DNA of 64,000 nucleotides from a virus (Duplodnaviria; Heunggongvirae; Uroviricota; Caudoviricetes), in the IMG/VR virus record IMGVR_UViG_3300043313_001192, positions 25,598-89,597 of that record; one strand, given 5' to 3'. The translations under genes and the position numbers were made by a program. Shown in pieces: positions 9,311 to 19,512 of this stretch. Within the stretch, counting starts at the first letter, position 1. The number at the start of each line of letters is the position of its first letter. Under the pieces are notes generated by a model. The model was given only the letters and a program-made list of their open reading frames with translations, did not search any database and was not told the origin of the DNA.

Positions 9311-10198
9311 ATGAGCACCAAGACCGCCACCCGCCGCAAGCCGTCCGCCGCGAAGATCGCCGCCGCCGAGGAGCGCCTCGAAGCGATGCACGAGCAGTTG
9401 GTCGCCAAGACCGACGCGCTCGTCACGAGCGAGGGCTGGGCCGAGTACCTCGCGTTCGCCGCGCGGTTCCGTCAGTACTCGTTCCGCAACACGCTGCTGA
9501 TCCTGATGCAGATGCCGACCGCCACGCGGGTCGCGTCCTACCGGAAGTGGCTGGAGGTCGACCGGCAGGTCCGCAAGGGCGAGCGCGGCTTGCAGATCTT
9601 CGCCCCGATGACGCGCAAGCGCGAGGACGCGGACGGCAAGGAGCGGACCTACATCAGCGGCTTCCGGCTGGTCTCGGTCTTCGACGTCTCGCAGACCGAC
9701 GGCGAGGCCCTGCCCGAGGACCCGGCCACGCCGGTGCTGCTGGACGGCATGGCGCCCGAGGGTCTGTGGCAGTCGCTGGCCGAGATGGTCTTCGACGCTG
9801 GCTACACGCTGCGGGTCGCCGCCAGCGAGCACGGGGAGAACGGCTACACGAACCCGGTGGACAAGGTGGTGCAGGTGAGCGAGGGCCTCAGCGAGGCGCA
9901 GTCGTGCAAGACCCTGATCCACGAGGTCGCGCACATGCTGCTGCACTGCGACGACAAGGCCCTGACCGAGGACGCGATCCTTCACCGGAACGTGGCCGAG
10001 ATCGAGGCCGAGAGCGTGGCGCACATCGTGGCCATGGTGCACGGGCTGGCGAGCGACACCTACTCGATCCCGTACGTCGCGGGCTGGAGCAACGGCAAGA
10101 CCGAGGTGATCGCCGCCACGGCGGACCGCGTGCTCAAGACCGCGAAGACGATCCTCGCCAAGACCGAGGGCAACGGAGAGGAGGAGGACGCGGCCTGA
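9311..10198 (+). CDS. ArdC-like protein (N-terminal ssDNA-binding domain + zincin-like HExxH domain)
   Basis: YSFRNTLLI...VASYRKW...RQVRKGERGL...VFDVSQTDG; TLIHEVAHMLLH...EIEAESVA. Confidence 0.8.
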   Translation: MSTKTATRRKPSAAKIAAAEERLEAMHEQLVAKTDALVTSEGWAEYLAFAARFRQYSFRNTLLILMQMPTATRVASYRKWLEVDRQVRKGERGLQIFAPMTRKREDADGKERTYISGFRLVSVFDVSQTDGEALPEDPATPVLLDGMAPEGLWQSLAEMVFDAGYTLRVAASEHGENGYTNPVDKVVQVSEGLSEAQSCKTLIHEVAHMLLHCDDKALTEDAILHRNVAEIEAESVAHIVAMVHGLASDTYSIPYVAGWSNGKTEVIAATADRVLKTAKTILAKTEGNGEEEDAA

Positions 10199-10212
10199 GC
10201 CGCACGGCACCA

Positions 10213-10242
10213 GAGCCCCGGCCCCGCAAGGGGTCGGGGCTC
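10213..10242 (+). terminator. hairpin terminator
   Basis: GAGCCCCGGCCCC-GCAA-GGGGTCGGGGCTC. Confidence 0.7.
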
Positions 10243-10360
10243 TTGCCTTGCCGGGGCCTACTGACGTTTACGCAGAGCTGGCCCTGGTGGGCTCGTCTTG
10301 CTTCTGACTGCACGATGCTGTAGGCTTACATCAGTAAGCCAAACGACGAAGGGACAAGCA

Positions 10361-10585
10361 ATGAGCACCGTCACCGTGAGCAAGGCCGCGACGATCATCG
10401 CGAGCGCGGACGCGGCGTACGACCGCGAGGATCAGGCATGGTTCGATGCGCTCCCCACCGAGTCGCTCACGCTGCTGTGGGGCGTCGCCTGCGCCAACAT
10501 CTCCGGCGCGTCTTGGGACGATGAGGTCTACGACGCGCTCGCAGAGCGCGGGTGGTTCGACACGGAGGACGGGGAGGTGAACTGA
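10361..10585 (+). CDS. hypothetical protein
   Basis: AACGACGAAGGGAC start motif. Confidence 0.7.
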   Translation: MSTVTVSKAATIIASADAAYDREDQAWFDALPTESLTLLWGVACANISGASWDDEVYDALAERGWFDTEDGEVN

Positions 10586-10872
10586 TGGCTGTCCGACTGA
10601 TGAACCAGAGCGAAGCCAAGCGCCCCACCGCGTCCGGCCACTGGCTAGGGTCCGAGATCTTCTACACCGAGGACGAGGACTTCTACACGATCCGCTTCCA
10701 CGCCCGCACCTACGACGGCATCAAGGTCACGTCCTCCTACACGACCGGGGAGATCAGGCTGACCGGGCAGGGGGGCTTCCTCAAGTCCGAGGTCAAGCGG
10801 CTCTTCCACCAGTTCGCGAGCCTCTACATCACCGAGGCCGACCTCGATGCTGTCCGCAAGGACGAGTCCTGA
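10585..10872 (+). CDS. hypothetical protein
   Basis: GGAGG RBS, TGATG coupling. Confidence 0.7.
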   Translation: MAVRLMNQSEAKRPTASGHWLGSEIFYTEDEDFYTIRFHARTYDGIKVTSSYTTGEIRLTGQGGFLKSEVKRLFHQFASLYITEADLDAVRKDES

Positions 10873-11224
10873 TGGGCCAGAAGTGGTGGCCAGTGCACCA
10901 CGGTGCCCCCGCCGCCGGGCACGTCACCGCAGGTGGCTTCTGGCATCCGGGAGGGGGACACAACTGCTCCAAGTGCAAGGGCTAAGGTCCGCCCCATGGA
11001 TCCCATGATCGCCTACCTCAAGCGTCGCGCCGCCCAGTTCATCACTGGGCGGCGCAGTCGTTTCGACAGCGCGGCGCCACTGACGTTTACGCAGAGCTGC
11101 CCCAGTTGCCTGGCCGCGCATCCCTCCAACTTCAAGCATCTGTCGAGGTGATGGGGTAGACTAACGACATGAACTGAACACAACGACGCACGACATCAAC
11201 CGACACAACGACGAAAGAGACCAC

Positions 11225-11947
11225 ATGAAGCGCATCATCTTTGCCCTGCTCGCCGCAGTGGTGCTGGTCGGGCTGTTCACGCCCAACGCCAGCGCCGCAT
11301 CCGGTGACAGCGCACGCAAGAAGAACGCGGCCTGCGTGACCAAGGCCGAGTACAAGAAGGTCAAGCGAGGGCACACGCTCAAGCAGGTCAAGAAGATCTT
11401 CGGCACCAACGGCCGTACGTCCTCCACGATGAACTCCTCCTACACCGAGTGGGTCTGGGGCGACTACGTCGAGGGCCACGACGAGTCCTACTGGGTCGAC
11501 GGCTACTGGTCCGAGTACGCCACCTGGATCGACGGCACCTGGGACGACGAGGGCAACTACACCGAGGGCCACTACGAGCCCGGCATGGTCGACGGCTACT
11601 GGGACTCCTACTACGTCGACGGCTACTGGGAGGACGACTACTCCTACAACGTCTCGCAGTGGGACTCCTTCCGCGACTACAAGAAGTGCAAGTCGTGGAA
11701 CCACGGACGTGGCCGCGTCGCGATCAACTTCGACAACTACTCCTCGCGCTACTCCGGCTACCGGGTCTACTCCAAGTACCCCAGCCGCCCGTGGATCTGG
11801 GACGCGCTGAACCTGCGCACCACCTCGCACGAGAGCATCCTCGGCGACAAGACGGTGCCGGACGCCGCGCACACCGGACCCTCGAACCACGACCACGAGG
11901 TGACGCCGGAACCGGCACAGCCCCCGCACAAGCAGCCGCAGCACTGA
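11225..11947 (+). CDS. secreted protein with W/Y-x-D-G-Y-W repeats
   Basis: Signal peptide MKRIIFALLAAVVLVGLFTPNASA; CVTKAEY domain; repeated WVDGYW/YVDGYW/WIDGTW. Confidence 0.8.
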   Translation: MKRIIFALLAAVVLVGLFTPNASAASGDSARKKNAACVTKAEYKKVKRGHTLKQVKKIFGTNGRTSSTMNSSYTEWVWGDYVEGHDESYWVDGYWSEYATWIDGTWDDEGNYTEGHYEPGMVDGYWDSYYVDGYWEDDYSYNVSQWDSFRDYKKCKSWNHGRGRVAINFDNYSSRYSGYRVYSKYPSRPWIWDALNLRTTSHESILGDKTVPDAAHTGPSNHDHEVTPEPAQPPHKQPQH

Positions 11948-12127
11948 TCCACCCGCACTCCACAGCCCCCGGCGCCACTGGCGTCGGGGGTTCGTGCGTT
12001 CGAGGGGCAAGACGTCACTGACGTTTACGCAGCTCCAGGGCCTGAAGCCCACCAGGCTGCTTGGGAACTGACGCTACCCTGTGATATGCTGACGTAGTCA
12101 GCAAGACAACGACGTAAGGACGAAGAC

Positions 12128-12448
12128 ATGACCTTCACCATCCCGCGCCCCGACTGGGTCACCGACCAGTCGATCGGCCGACGTGGCGAGTACGCCCAGT
12201 TCTGCATGTTCACCCGCGAGGGCAACGACGCCGTGGGCGCCATGGTGCTGGCGATCCTGAGCGACGCGGTGCGTCTGGGTCCGCCCCGCACCGTGGTGAT
12301 CGAGGCGATCCAGCAGGGTGTCCGCAACCTGACCGCACGCTTCCCCGAGGTGCACGACACCGAGCCCGAGTGGGCGATCGTGGACGCGGTGAACCACTAC
12401 CTCGAACTGCGCGAACTGCCCCGCACGAGCCGCGAGGAGCTGTTCTGA
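12128..12448 (+). CDS. hypothetical protein
   Basis: AACGACGTAAGGAC start motif. Confidence 0.7.
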   Translation: MTFTIPRPDWVTDQSIGRRGEYAQFCMFTREGNDAVGAMVLAILSDAVRLGPPRTVVIEAIQQGVRNLTARFPEVHDTEPEWAIVDAVNHYLELRELPRTSREELF

Positions 12449-12828
12449 TGAGCGACGCCCACATCGAGATCGACCCGCTGCTGTTCATGCAGGCCGTGGT
12501 CGATGACCACCTCGAACTGATCGAGTCGATCGAGGACGCAGGTGCCGCGTTCGGCCCGATGATCGGCATGCCCGGCATGGACGCTCTGGCCGGGAGCGTG
12601 GCCGACGTGGGCCGCGAGAAGGTCACCGAGGCCCAAGAGCACCTCGACATGCTGGTCGCCACCGATCCCACCTGGGAGCCCTGCTACGGCACGTGGTGCG
12701 AGATGGTCTACGAGGACACCGATCCTGAGGTCGGCGACATCCTGAGGTGCACGGTGCACAACTACACCGTGATCGCCGACGCCTACGTCTGCGAGGGCTA
12801 TCAGGCTCCGCCGTACACCGGGCCATGA
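12448..12828 (+). CDS. hypothetical protein
   Basis: TGATG coupling, MSDAHIEIDP... Confidence 0.65.
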   Translation: MSDAHIEIDPLLFMQAVVDDHLELIESIEDAGAAFGPMIGMPGMDALAGSVADVGREKVTEAQEHLDMLVATDPTWEPCYGTWCEMVYEDTDPEVGDILRCTVHNYTVIADAYVCEGYQAPPYTGP

Positions 12829-13115
12829 GCCGCACCAACGTCTACCGGGACGGCAAGGTGCACGTGATGGAGCGCAAGTGCGTCACGTGCATCTACCGGC
12901 CCGGCAACCTGATGCACCTCGAACCGGGCCGCAAGGACGGCATGCAGGCGGACGCGATCCGCGACGAGGGAGTGATCCCCTGCCACCAGACGATCCACGG
13001 CAGGCGCGAGCAGGAGAGCGTGTGCCGAGGGTTCTTCGATGTCGCCAAGCACGAGGGCCTGCTCGCTGTGGCCGAGCGCCTGGACATCATCGAGTTCACG
13101 CCCTGCGAGGAGTGA
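12825..13115 (+). CDS. Cys-rich hypothetical protein
   Basis: ATGA coupling; KCVTCIY...CH...CRG. Confidence 0.7.
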   Translation: MSRTNVYRDGKVHVMERKCVTCIYRPGNLMHLEPGRKDGMQADAIRDEGVIPCHQTIHGRREQESVCRGFFDVAKHEGLLAVAERLDIIEFTPCEE

Positions 13116-13289
13116 GCCCGACGCCGACGAGTTCTGTCGGTGGTCGCTGGTTCACTGACGTTTATGCAGAGCTGGCCCGAACCCCCTCCCCCGCCGGACG
13201 ATCCTTCTCGACCTGAGTTGGTGAATCCGGATTCCCCATGTTACGATTACGGAGTAATCGAGCATGACCACACGACGAAGGACGAAGAG

Positions 13290-13640
13290 ATGACCACCAC
13301 CGAGGCCCCTGCGCCCGCCACCCCGACCACTCCGACCACGAAGGACAGCCGCATCGCGGACGTCACCGCAGTGCTCGCCAGCGTCGATCAGGGCGAGGCC
13401 CTGCGCGACCGCATCAAGGCGATGCAGGCCGAACTCAAGGTCCACGAGGACAACATCAAGGACGCGCTGGGCGAGGCCACCACCGGCGTCGACGGCAAGG
13501 GCAAGGTCGTGGTCCGCTACCCGGTCCGCAACCGCTCCGGACTGTCCAAGGAGAAGGTCAAGGACCGGCTCTCCCCGACCGACTACGCCGAGTGCGAGAC
13601 GGTCACCGAGTACCGGACGCTGCTGTACGGCGAGGGCTGA
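13290..13640 (+). CDS. hypothetical coiled-coil protein
   Basis: ACGACGAAGGAC start motif. Confidence 0.7.
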   Translation: MTTTEAPAPATPTTPTTKDSRIADVTAVLASVDQGEALRDRIKAMQAELKVHEDNIKDALGEATTGVDGKGKVVVRYPVRNRSGLSKEKVKDRLSPTDYAECETVTEYRTLLYGEG

Positions 13641-13643
13641 GCC

Positions 13644-14012
13644 ATGGCGATGTTCATGAACCGCAACGAGGTCGTGGAGACGCTGGCCTACTGCGGCGAT
13701 CAGGTGGAGGACGTGCCCAACCTCTACGAGGGCGCTCGCGTGCTCTACTCGCTGATGGAGTGGGTCGACTCCCACTCCGACGGCTGGCCGTACTGGCAGC
13801 CACCGCAGCGCGCTGCCAGTCGGCTGATCGAGGCCCTGCACAGCCGGAACTTCGCGCTCCGGTTCGGGGAGGAGCGGGACGGTTCGCCGCTGGCCGACGT
13901 GACCGACGCGGAACTGGCCGCGTGCCTGCGCCCGATCAAGTCGTTCCTGACCAAGCAGGAGGTCAACTGGCACGCCGACCTGCCGTGGGCTGCCCTGTTC
14001 CCTGCTGCTTGA
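13644..14012 (+). CDS. hypothetical protein
   Basis: ATG 3 nt after previous stop. Confidence 0.7.
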   Translation: MAMFMNRNEVVETLAYCGDQVEDVPNLYEGARVLYSLMEWVDSHSDGWPYWQPPQRAASRLIEALHSRNFALRFGEERDGSPLADVTDAELAACLRPIKSFLTKQEVNWHADLPWAALFPAA

Positions 14013-14110
14013 GCCTGTCGAGAGAGGATGGATCTAGCCCGGCTCCCGCTGCAGTCCCCCCACTGCCGGGAGTCGGGTCTAGTCTGTCCCCAGCGACGAA
14101 GGGACGAGCG

Positions 14111-14314
14111 ATGTACGTGCATCGAGACAAGCGTGGCGGGGTCACTCTGACACCCGACGAGGCCGAGGTCTGTGACCTGTTCCTGATGCTGGTCATCGAG
14201 GGCGAGGACATTCCGCACGCGGCCCAGTACGCGCTGAGCACGATGGTGCTGCCCGACCCGACGTTCGCTGCCTGGCTGAGCCTGGGGATGCTCTCGCACG
14301 AGCGAGCTGACTGA
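14111..14314 (+). CDS. hypothetical protein
   Basis: CGACGAAGGGAC start motif. Confidence 0.6.
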   Translation: MYVHRDKRGGVTLTPDEAEVCDLFLMLVIEGEDIPHAAQYALSTMVLPDPTFAAWLSLGMLSHERAD

Positions 14315-14414
14315 CGTTTACGCAGGCTGAGCCGCATCGTCACGAGGCGCTGTGTCCACTCGTTGTGGTAAACTGTCCCTAGACAGAACGACGAAACGAC
14401 CAAAGGACACACCC

Positions 14415-14600
14415 ATGGACCCGAACGCTGCACTCGCCGCCGCACGACAGGCCACCGAGGACTTCGAGAACGCCACCTCGATCTCGCAGGAGTTGGACGC
14501 CGCCGAGCGGCTGGCGAGCAACTTCACCGCACTGGACCACTGGCTCTCGCAGGAGGGCTTCCTGCCCGGCGCGTGGGCAATCGCAGGGGAGCGTGGCTGA
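14415..14600 (+). CDS. hypothetical protein
   Basis: AAAGGAC RBS, MDPNAAL... Confidence 0.7.
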   Translation: MDPNAALAAARQATEDFENATSISQELDAAERLASNFTALDHWLSQEGFLPGAWAIAGERG

Positions 14601-14749
14601 TGGAGCCGTACTGCGCCGACTGCGGGCTGAGCCTGCACGCGCAGGCCGAGAAGGCGATCGCCTCCGGTGAGTGGCAGATGGTCTGGGCCGACATGGACGG
14701 CTCGTGGATCTGCCCGCAGACCGGCAACGAGCACCGGCCGCAGGACTAG
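14600..14749 (+). CDS. small zinc-binding protein
   Basis: TGATG coupling; YCADCG...ICP...H. Confidence 0.6.
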   Translation: MEPYCADCGLSLHAQAEKAIASGEWQMVWADMDGSWICPQTGNEHRPQD

Positions 14750-14994
14750 GCCGAGGCCGAGTCCTGCATCTTGTTCAGGCGCTCCTGCAGTTCAGCGATC
14801 TGGCTCTGGATGCGCTCCGCATCCACGCGACCACGTGGCTTCGGCTCGACACCTTCCAGCGTCGCCTGCTGGGCGTAGAGCGCGTCGAAGCGCTCCTGGT
14901 TCTCGTTGATGAGAAGCTGCGTGGCCTTGTAGCGCGCCCTGTTGGCTGCGCGCACCTGCGCCTTGTGCTTCTCGGGATCTGATCTGGTGACCAT
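14746..14994 (-). CDS. small basic/coiled-coil protein, possible regulator
   Basis: AACGACAAAGGAC start motif on the minus strand; own promoter TTGTGA-N17-TAGACT (15100-15072). Confidence 0.7.
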   Translation of the reverse strand: MVTRSDPEKHKAQVRAANRARYKATQLLINENQERFDALYAQQATLEGVEPKPRGRVDAERIQSQIAELQERLNKMQDSASA

Positions 14995-15393
14995 GGTCTG
15001 GGGTCCCCTGTCCTTTGTCGTTCCCCACTGCTGACGAGAGAGCCTCTGCTCGACTCATGTTCTGCACTGCCAGTCTATGCAAACACAGCCGCGTTCACAA
15101 CACCACACACTGACGTTTACGCAGACAGGGCTGTACCCGCAACCATGTTGGGGCAAACACCGAGGCTGTGCGAGGCTCAGCCTGCTGAGCCGCTACGCCT
15201 TGCTGAGCAGGGGTTCCCTGCCAGCAGATTTGTGTCGGACCCCTGCCCTAGGGTTGCCCTGTTAGGCAAACCCACAGGGACAGAACAGACTAGACCAGTT
15301 CGTGCCCACCCGCCCCTCGATTATGGAGTGGCGCAATGGTGTGGTAGGCTCTGGGTACAGAGCCAGACAAGTGAACGACGAAAGGACACGCAC

Positions 15394-16731
15394 GTGAGCA
15401 CCAAGAGCACCGCCGTGATGATGCAACTCGCCACGGCCGACGGGGATTCCAAGCAGCAGATGGTGGTCTTCGCCAACAAGGCGGTCTACCGACGCAGCCT
15501 CACCGAGGGCACCCGCACCCGCTGGCGCTACGCCAGCGTGGGCGACCTGCCTACGTGGGTCGAGGGCTACGTCAACCTGACCAAGGCCGCGCCCACGCCG
15601 ATGAGCATCAGCCACGGCGCCACCCTGATGGAGGTCACCGAGGACGAGGCCACCGAGGCCGAGGGCGGCGCGTTCCCGCGCAACGTGGGGCTGCGCTACT
15701 CCCGCGTGATCGACGCGATGGACGCGGACCCGACCAGCAACGTCCCCACGCCGGACGTGAAGCAGTACGTGCAGGACTGGATCGACGCACACAGCCGCGA
15801 CGACAACGCGTGGATCGACACCCACGTGCACAGCGCTGGCACCGCCGTGGTCAAGCCTGCCGCGCCCGAGCCTGAGCCCGAGCCTGAGCCCGAGGTCAGC
15901 GTGGCCACCACGACGGGCGGCTGGACCTACCCCGAAACCAAGGGCGGCTACATCACCCGGCCCAACGGGACCAAGTACAAGGTCCGCAAGATCGACGGCA
16001 CGCCCGACGTGCAGGTGATCCGCGAGGCTCGCCCCGACCGCGAGCACGTGTTCCTGTTCGGTGAGCCGGGGACCGGCAAGACGGCGCTGGTCGACTCCGC
16101 ATTCGGGGACGATCTGGTGACCATGCTGGGCACCGAGGACACCGAGGTCGCGGACTTCATCGGCGGCTACACCGTGCGCGGTGGCGGGTCCTACGGCTGG
16201 ACGGACGGCGCGCTCACCGAGGCGATGGAGCGCAAGGTCCCGCTGTTCATTGACGAGATTGGGGTGATCGCTCCCAAGGTGCTCACCACCGTGTTCTCGG
16301 TGATGGACGGCCGCGACGAGATTCGGATCACCGCGAACCCCGACCGGGGCATCGTGACCGCTGGGCACGGCTTCATGGTGCTGGCAGCCACGAACCCGCA
16401 CGCCCCCGGCGTGCGCCTCTCCGAGGCTCTGCTGAGCCGGTTCGCGATCCACTTGGAGGTCGGCTCGGACTACTCCGTGTGCCGCGAGATGGGTGTGCCG
16501 GACGTGCTGGTCACCGCAGCCGAGAACCTCGACAAGCGCCGCAGCACTGGCGAGATTGGCTGGGCACCGCAGATGCGCGAGTTGCTCCGCGCCAAGGCGC
16601 AGTGGACCAAGCGCGGGGACACGTTCGCGATCCGCAACCTGATCAGCGGCGCACCCGAGGACGACCGCGAGGTCGTGGCCGAGGTCATGGCCCGCACCAC
16701 CGGGAAGAAGTTGACCGGGCTGGTGCTCTGA
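15394..16731 (+). CDS. AAA+ ATPase, MoxR/CobS/CbbQ-like
   Basis: Walker A GEPGTGKT, Walker B LFIDEI, AATNP sensor, LSEALLSRF. Confidence 0.85.
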   Translation: MSTKSTAVMMQLATADGDSKQQMVVFANKAVYRRSLTEGTRTRWRYASVGDLPTWVEGYVNLTKAAPTPMSISHGATLMEVTEDEATEAEGGAFPRNVGLRYSRVIDAMDADPTSNVPTPDVKQYVQDWIDAHSRDDNAWIDTHVHSAGTAVVKPAAPEPEPEPEPEVSVATTTGGWTYPETKGGYITRPNGTKYKVRKIDGTPDVQVIREARPDREHVFLFGEPGTGKTALVDSAFGDDLVTMLGTEDTEVADFIGGYTVRGGGSYGWTDGALTEAMERKVPLFIDEIGVIAPKVLTTVFSVMDGRDEIRITANPDRGIVTAGHGFMVLAATNPHAPGVRLSEALLSRFAIHLEVGSDYSVCREMGVPDVLVTAAENLDKRRSTGEIGWAPQMRELLRAKAQWTKRGDTFAIRNLISGAPEDDREVVAEVMARTTGKKLTGLVL

Positions 16732-16736
16732 GACTT

Positions 16737-16766
16737 CCGGCCCGCGCTGTTGCAAGCGCGGGCCGG
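16737..16766 (+). terminator. hairpin terminator
   Basis: CCGGCCCGCGCT-GTTGCA-AGCGCGGGCCGG. Confidence 0.65.
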
Positions 16767-17012
16767 GGGACCGTTCACAGTGAACGGCTCTGTAGTGCTG
16801 GCGCCAGTCCGCGTTCGGGCTGGCGTCAGCCAGGAGAGCAGCTACTGACGTTTACGCAGGACAGCGCGACGTGCGCGAGGGGCGCAGGACGTGGCAAGAT
16901 CAGCAGTGCCGAGGGATGCACCGATTAGGTAATGACGAGCCAGTGGTGTAAACTGAGGTTACGAGGTCAGGGTGACTCCCCGACACAGACAGAACGACGA
17001 AAGGACACGGCC

Positions 17013-18842
17013 ATGGGCCACATCTTGTACGGCAAGGTCGAGAGCACTGTGAACAAGAGCGACGACGACTGGTACGGCGTCGCGGCGCAGGTCGGCAAGT
17101 TCACGAACAAGCGTGCGCACCGCAGCGATATCACTGCTGTCGTGTCCAGCACTGCTGGCATGGGCGCTCCCGCGTGCTTCATCCCGAGCCTTGCCGAGAT
17201 GCACATCAACACCGAGGCCGCTCCCATGGGTCCTCCCGACAAGGTCAATCTGGACGACCGCATGTGGATGCTCACCTACGCCCCGAGCGTGGGCGCGTGC
17301 ACCCACGAAGCGGCACACGCCCGCCACACGCACTGGGACCCCCGCGACCTGATGGAGAACTACGAGGCCACCCGCAAGATGGTCGACGTGATCACCACGC
17401 TGGAAGAGCCGCGCATCGAGGCGCAGGCGCTGCGCTTCCACCCTGACTCGCGTCCCTTCCTGCGAGGCTGCGCGATGGAGATTGTCGGGCGCGACTTCAA
17501 GATCAGCGACACCCGCTACGGCGCGGCGACTGCTGCTGGTCTGCTGCTGGCCCGCGTGGATGCCAAGGTGCTGACCAAGGCCGAGGCGCGTACGTTCCGC
17601 CGCGATATCGCTGCGGTGCTGGGCGACACGCTGGACGAGTTGGAGCCGCTGTGGCAGCGCTTCCTGCGTCTGCACGACCACGACTACGCGGGCATGGTCG
17701 AGGTTGCCGCCGCATGGCTGGACGTGCTGGGCGAGGACCCCGAGGACGAGTCCGATATGGCGGGCGAGTCGATGATGGGCGAGAGCCTGTCCGGCGAGGG
17801 CGAGGGCGAGGGCGAGGGCTCTGGCAAGGGCGAGGGCGAGGGCGACGAGTCCGAGGGCGAGGCGTCCGGCTTCGGGGACAAGATCATGGGCAAGGTGCAC
17901 ATCACCGAGTCCAAGATGGACAAGGAGGTCACCGAGGCTCGCGGCGAAGAGCGCGCCGAGCGTCGTCGCGCCGAGTCCAAGGCCGACGCCGAGCGCCGCA
18001 AGTCTGCCGAGGGTCCGCACGCCGAGGCGTTCACGCACACCGGGCTGCACGGCTACTCACCGGACGGGTTCGCGCACTACTCGCACTCGCGTCCCCCGAC
18101 CGCCGACGAGCGTCGTGCGGCCAAGATGCTGGCCCGCTCGTTGGAGAAGATCGACTACCGGGACCGGGCCGTGACCAAGGTCCGCAGCGTGGTTCCTCCC
18201 GGCCGTCTGGTCGGGCGGGCTGCGGTGCAGGCCGACGCGATGATCGAGCAGGGCCGGGACGCCTCTGGTGTCGAGGTCTGGTCGGGCAAGCGCCGCAAGC
18301 GGGTCGAGTCCACGCCGCTGACGATCGGGTTCCTCGGGGATATCTCGGGGTCGATGAACGCGGCCATGGAGCCGCTGGCATCGAGCCAGTGGGTGCTGAG
18401 CACCGCAGGCGCGCACGTGGACGCCAAGGTCGCCAGCGTGCACTTCGGTGACCGGGTGCACGGCATCACGCCCGCTGGGGTCCGCGAGAAGGACGTGCGG
18501 CTGTTCGCTCCCTACGACGGCAGCGAGGCGTTCAAGGACGCGGCGCTGGCGATCGACAAGGAACTGAACCTGCTGGACGGGCGGGGTGCTCGCATCCTGT
18601 TCATCGCCAGCGATGGGCAGTACGTGAACGGCACCGATATGGCCTACGCCCGCACGTGGATGCCGCTCGCCAAGCGCAAGGGTGTCGCGGTGATCTACCT
18701 GAACTTCCTCGGGTCGATGAACCCCACCGGCGTGGGCGGTGCCAAGGTGATCGACTGCGTCCGCAAGTCGCCCGCCGAGGTCGCCGCGCTGTGCGGCAAG
18801 GCCGCACTCGCGGAGGTCCGCAAGATCGACCAGCGGGTCTAG
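17013..18842 (+). CDS. VWA-domain protein (CobT-like) with N-terminal HExxH domain
   Basis: THEAAH...LEEPRIE; acidic Gly/Glu linker; MIDAS motif DISGS and FIASDGQ. Confidence 0.8.
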   Translation: MGHILYGKVESTVNKSDDDWYGVAAQVGKFTNKRAHRSDITAVVSSTAGMGAPACFIPSLAEMHINTEAAPMGPPDKVNLDDRMWMLTYAPSVGACTHEAAHARHTHWDPRDLMENYEATRKMVDVITTLEEPRIEAQALRFHPDSRPFLRGCAMEIVGRDFKISDTRYGAATAAGLLLARVDAKVLTKAEARTFRRDIAAVLGDTLDELEPLWQRFLRLHDHDYAGMVEVAAAWLDVLGEDPEDESDMAGESMMGESLSGEGEGEGEGSGKGEGEGDESEGEASGFGDKIMGKVHITESKMDKEVTEARGEERAERRRAESKADAERRKSAEGPHAEAFTHTGLHGYSPDGFAHYSHSRPPTADERRAAKMLARSLEKIDYRDRAVTKVRSVVPPGRLVGRAAVQADAMIEQGRDASGVEVWSGKRRKRVESTPLTIGFLGDISGSMNAAMEPLASSQWVLSTAGAHVDAKVASVHFGDRVHGITPAGVREKDVRLFAPYDGSEAFKDAALAIDKELNLLDGRGARILFIASDGQYVNGTDMAYARTWMPLAKRKGVAVIYLNFLGSMNPTGVGGAKVIDCVRKSPAEVAALCGKAALAEVRKIDQRV

Positions 18843-18979
18843 CCCGCACCCAAGCCGGGGTCCGGCTCACCGGCTCGTCACCGGGCGCGTGAGGTCGTTA
18901 CGTCCTTTCGTCCCTCACCGAGCCGGACCCCTCTCCACCAGCACCACCCAACGACACAACGACACGAACGGAGCACGGC

Positions 18980-19174
18980 ATGTTGAACACAACGATCAGA
19001 GGCTGGCAGGTGGTCTTCGGACTGCGTTGCCGGTGGGGCTTCCGAGCCGCTGACGGCACGGAGGTCTGGCGGCAGCGCGGCATCGCGCTGGCGGTGCTGC
19101 AGGAGGACACGATGATGTTCCTGCTGCGGGTGCCCTACACACTGCGCACCTACCCAGGAGTGGTGTGGTCATGA
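18980..19174 (+). CDS. hypothetical protein
   Basis: GGAG RBS, coupled to next gene. Confidence 0.55.
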   Translation: MLNTTIRGWQVVFGLRCRWGFRAADGTEVWRQRGIALAVLQEDTMMFLLRVPYTLRTYPGVVWS

Positions 19175-19512
19175 GCACACCCGACTTCCGCGATCAGGAC
19201 CCGGTCTGGGTTCGGTACGCCGAGCTGACCGGTGGCGGGCACGACAAGTTCTACGAGCTGACCATCCACCTGCACGACGACGGCACCTTCTACGTCCAGA
19301 AGCGGTGGGGCCGACGCCCCGACGCGGGCGGCGGGCAGATCAAGGTGGAGCCGTACCAGTCGCTGAACGCAGCGCAGACGGTGAGCCTGAACATGCTGGG
19401 CGAGAAGATCGCCAAGGGCTACCGGGAGACCGAGCGTCCGCACGGCGCCGGGCAGCGGGTCTTCCGCGAGGTCGGGCACGACTTCTACGCCGACGGTGAC
19501 GAGGCGTTCTAG
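19171..19512 (+). CDS. WGR-domain protein
   Basis: DKFYELTI...VQKRWGRR...GQIK...EKIAKGY. Confidence 0.8.
   Translation: MSTPDFRDQDPVWVRYAELTGGGHDKFYELTIHLHDDGTFYVQKRWGRRPDAGGGQIKVEPYQSLNAAQTVSLNMLGEKIAKGYRETERPHGAGQRVFREVGHDFYADGDEAF

Noticed and set aside
930-13260. N4-type virion RNA polymerase hairpin promoters
   Set aside because: GNA loops occur in only some hairpins, lie on the non-template strand and overlap host-type -10 elements; no vRNAP gene in the window
15262-18050. Long minus-strand ORFs opposite the AAA+/VWA genes
   Set aside because: Antisense shadow ORFs
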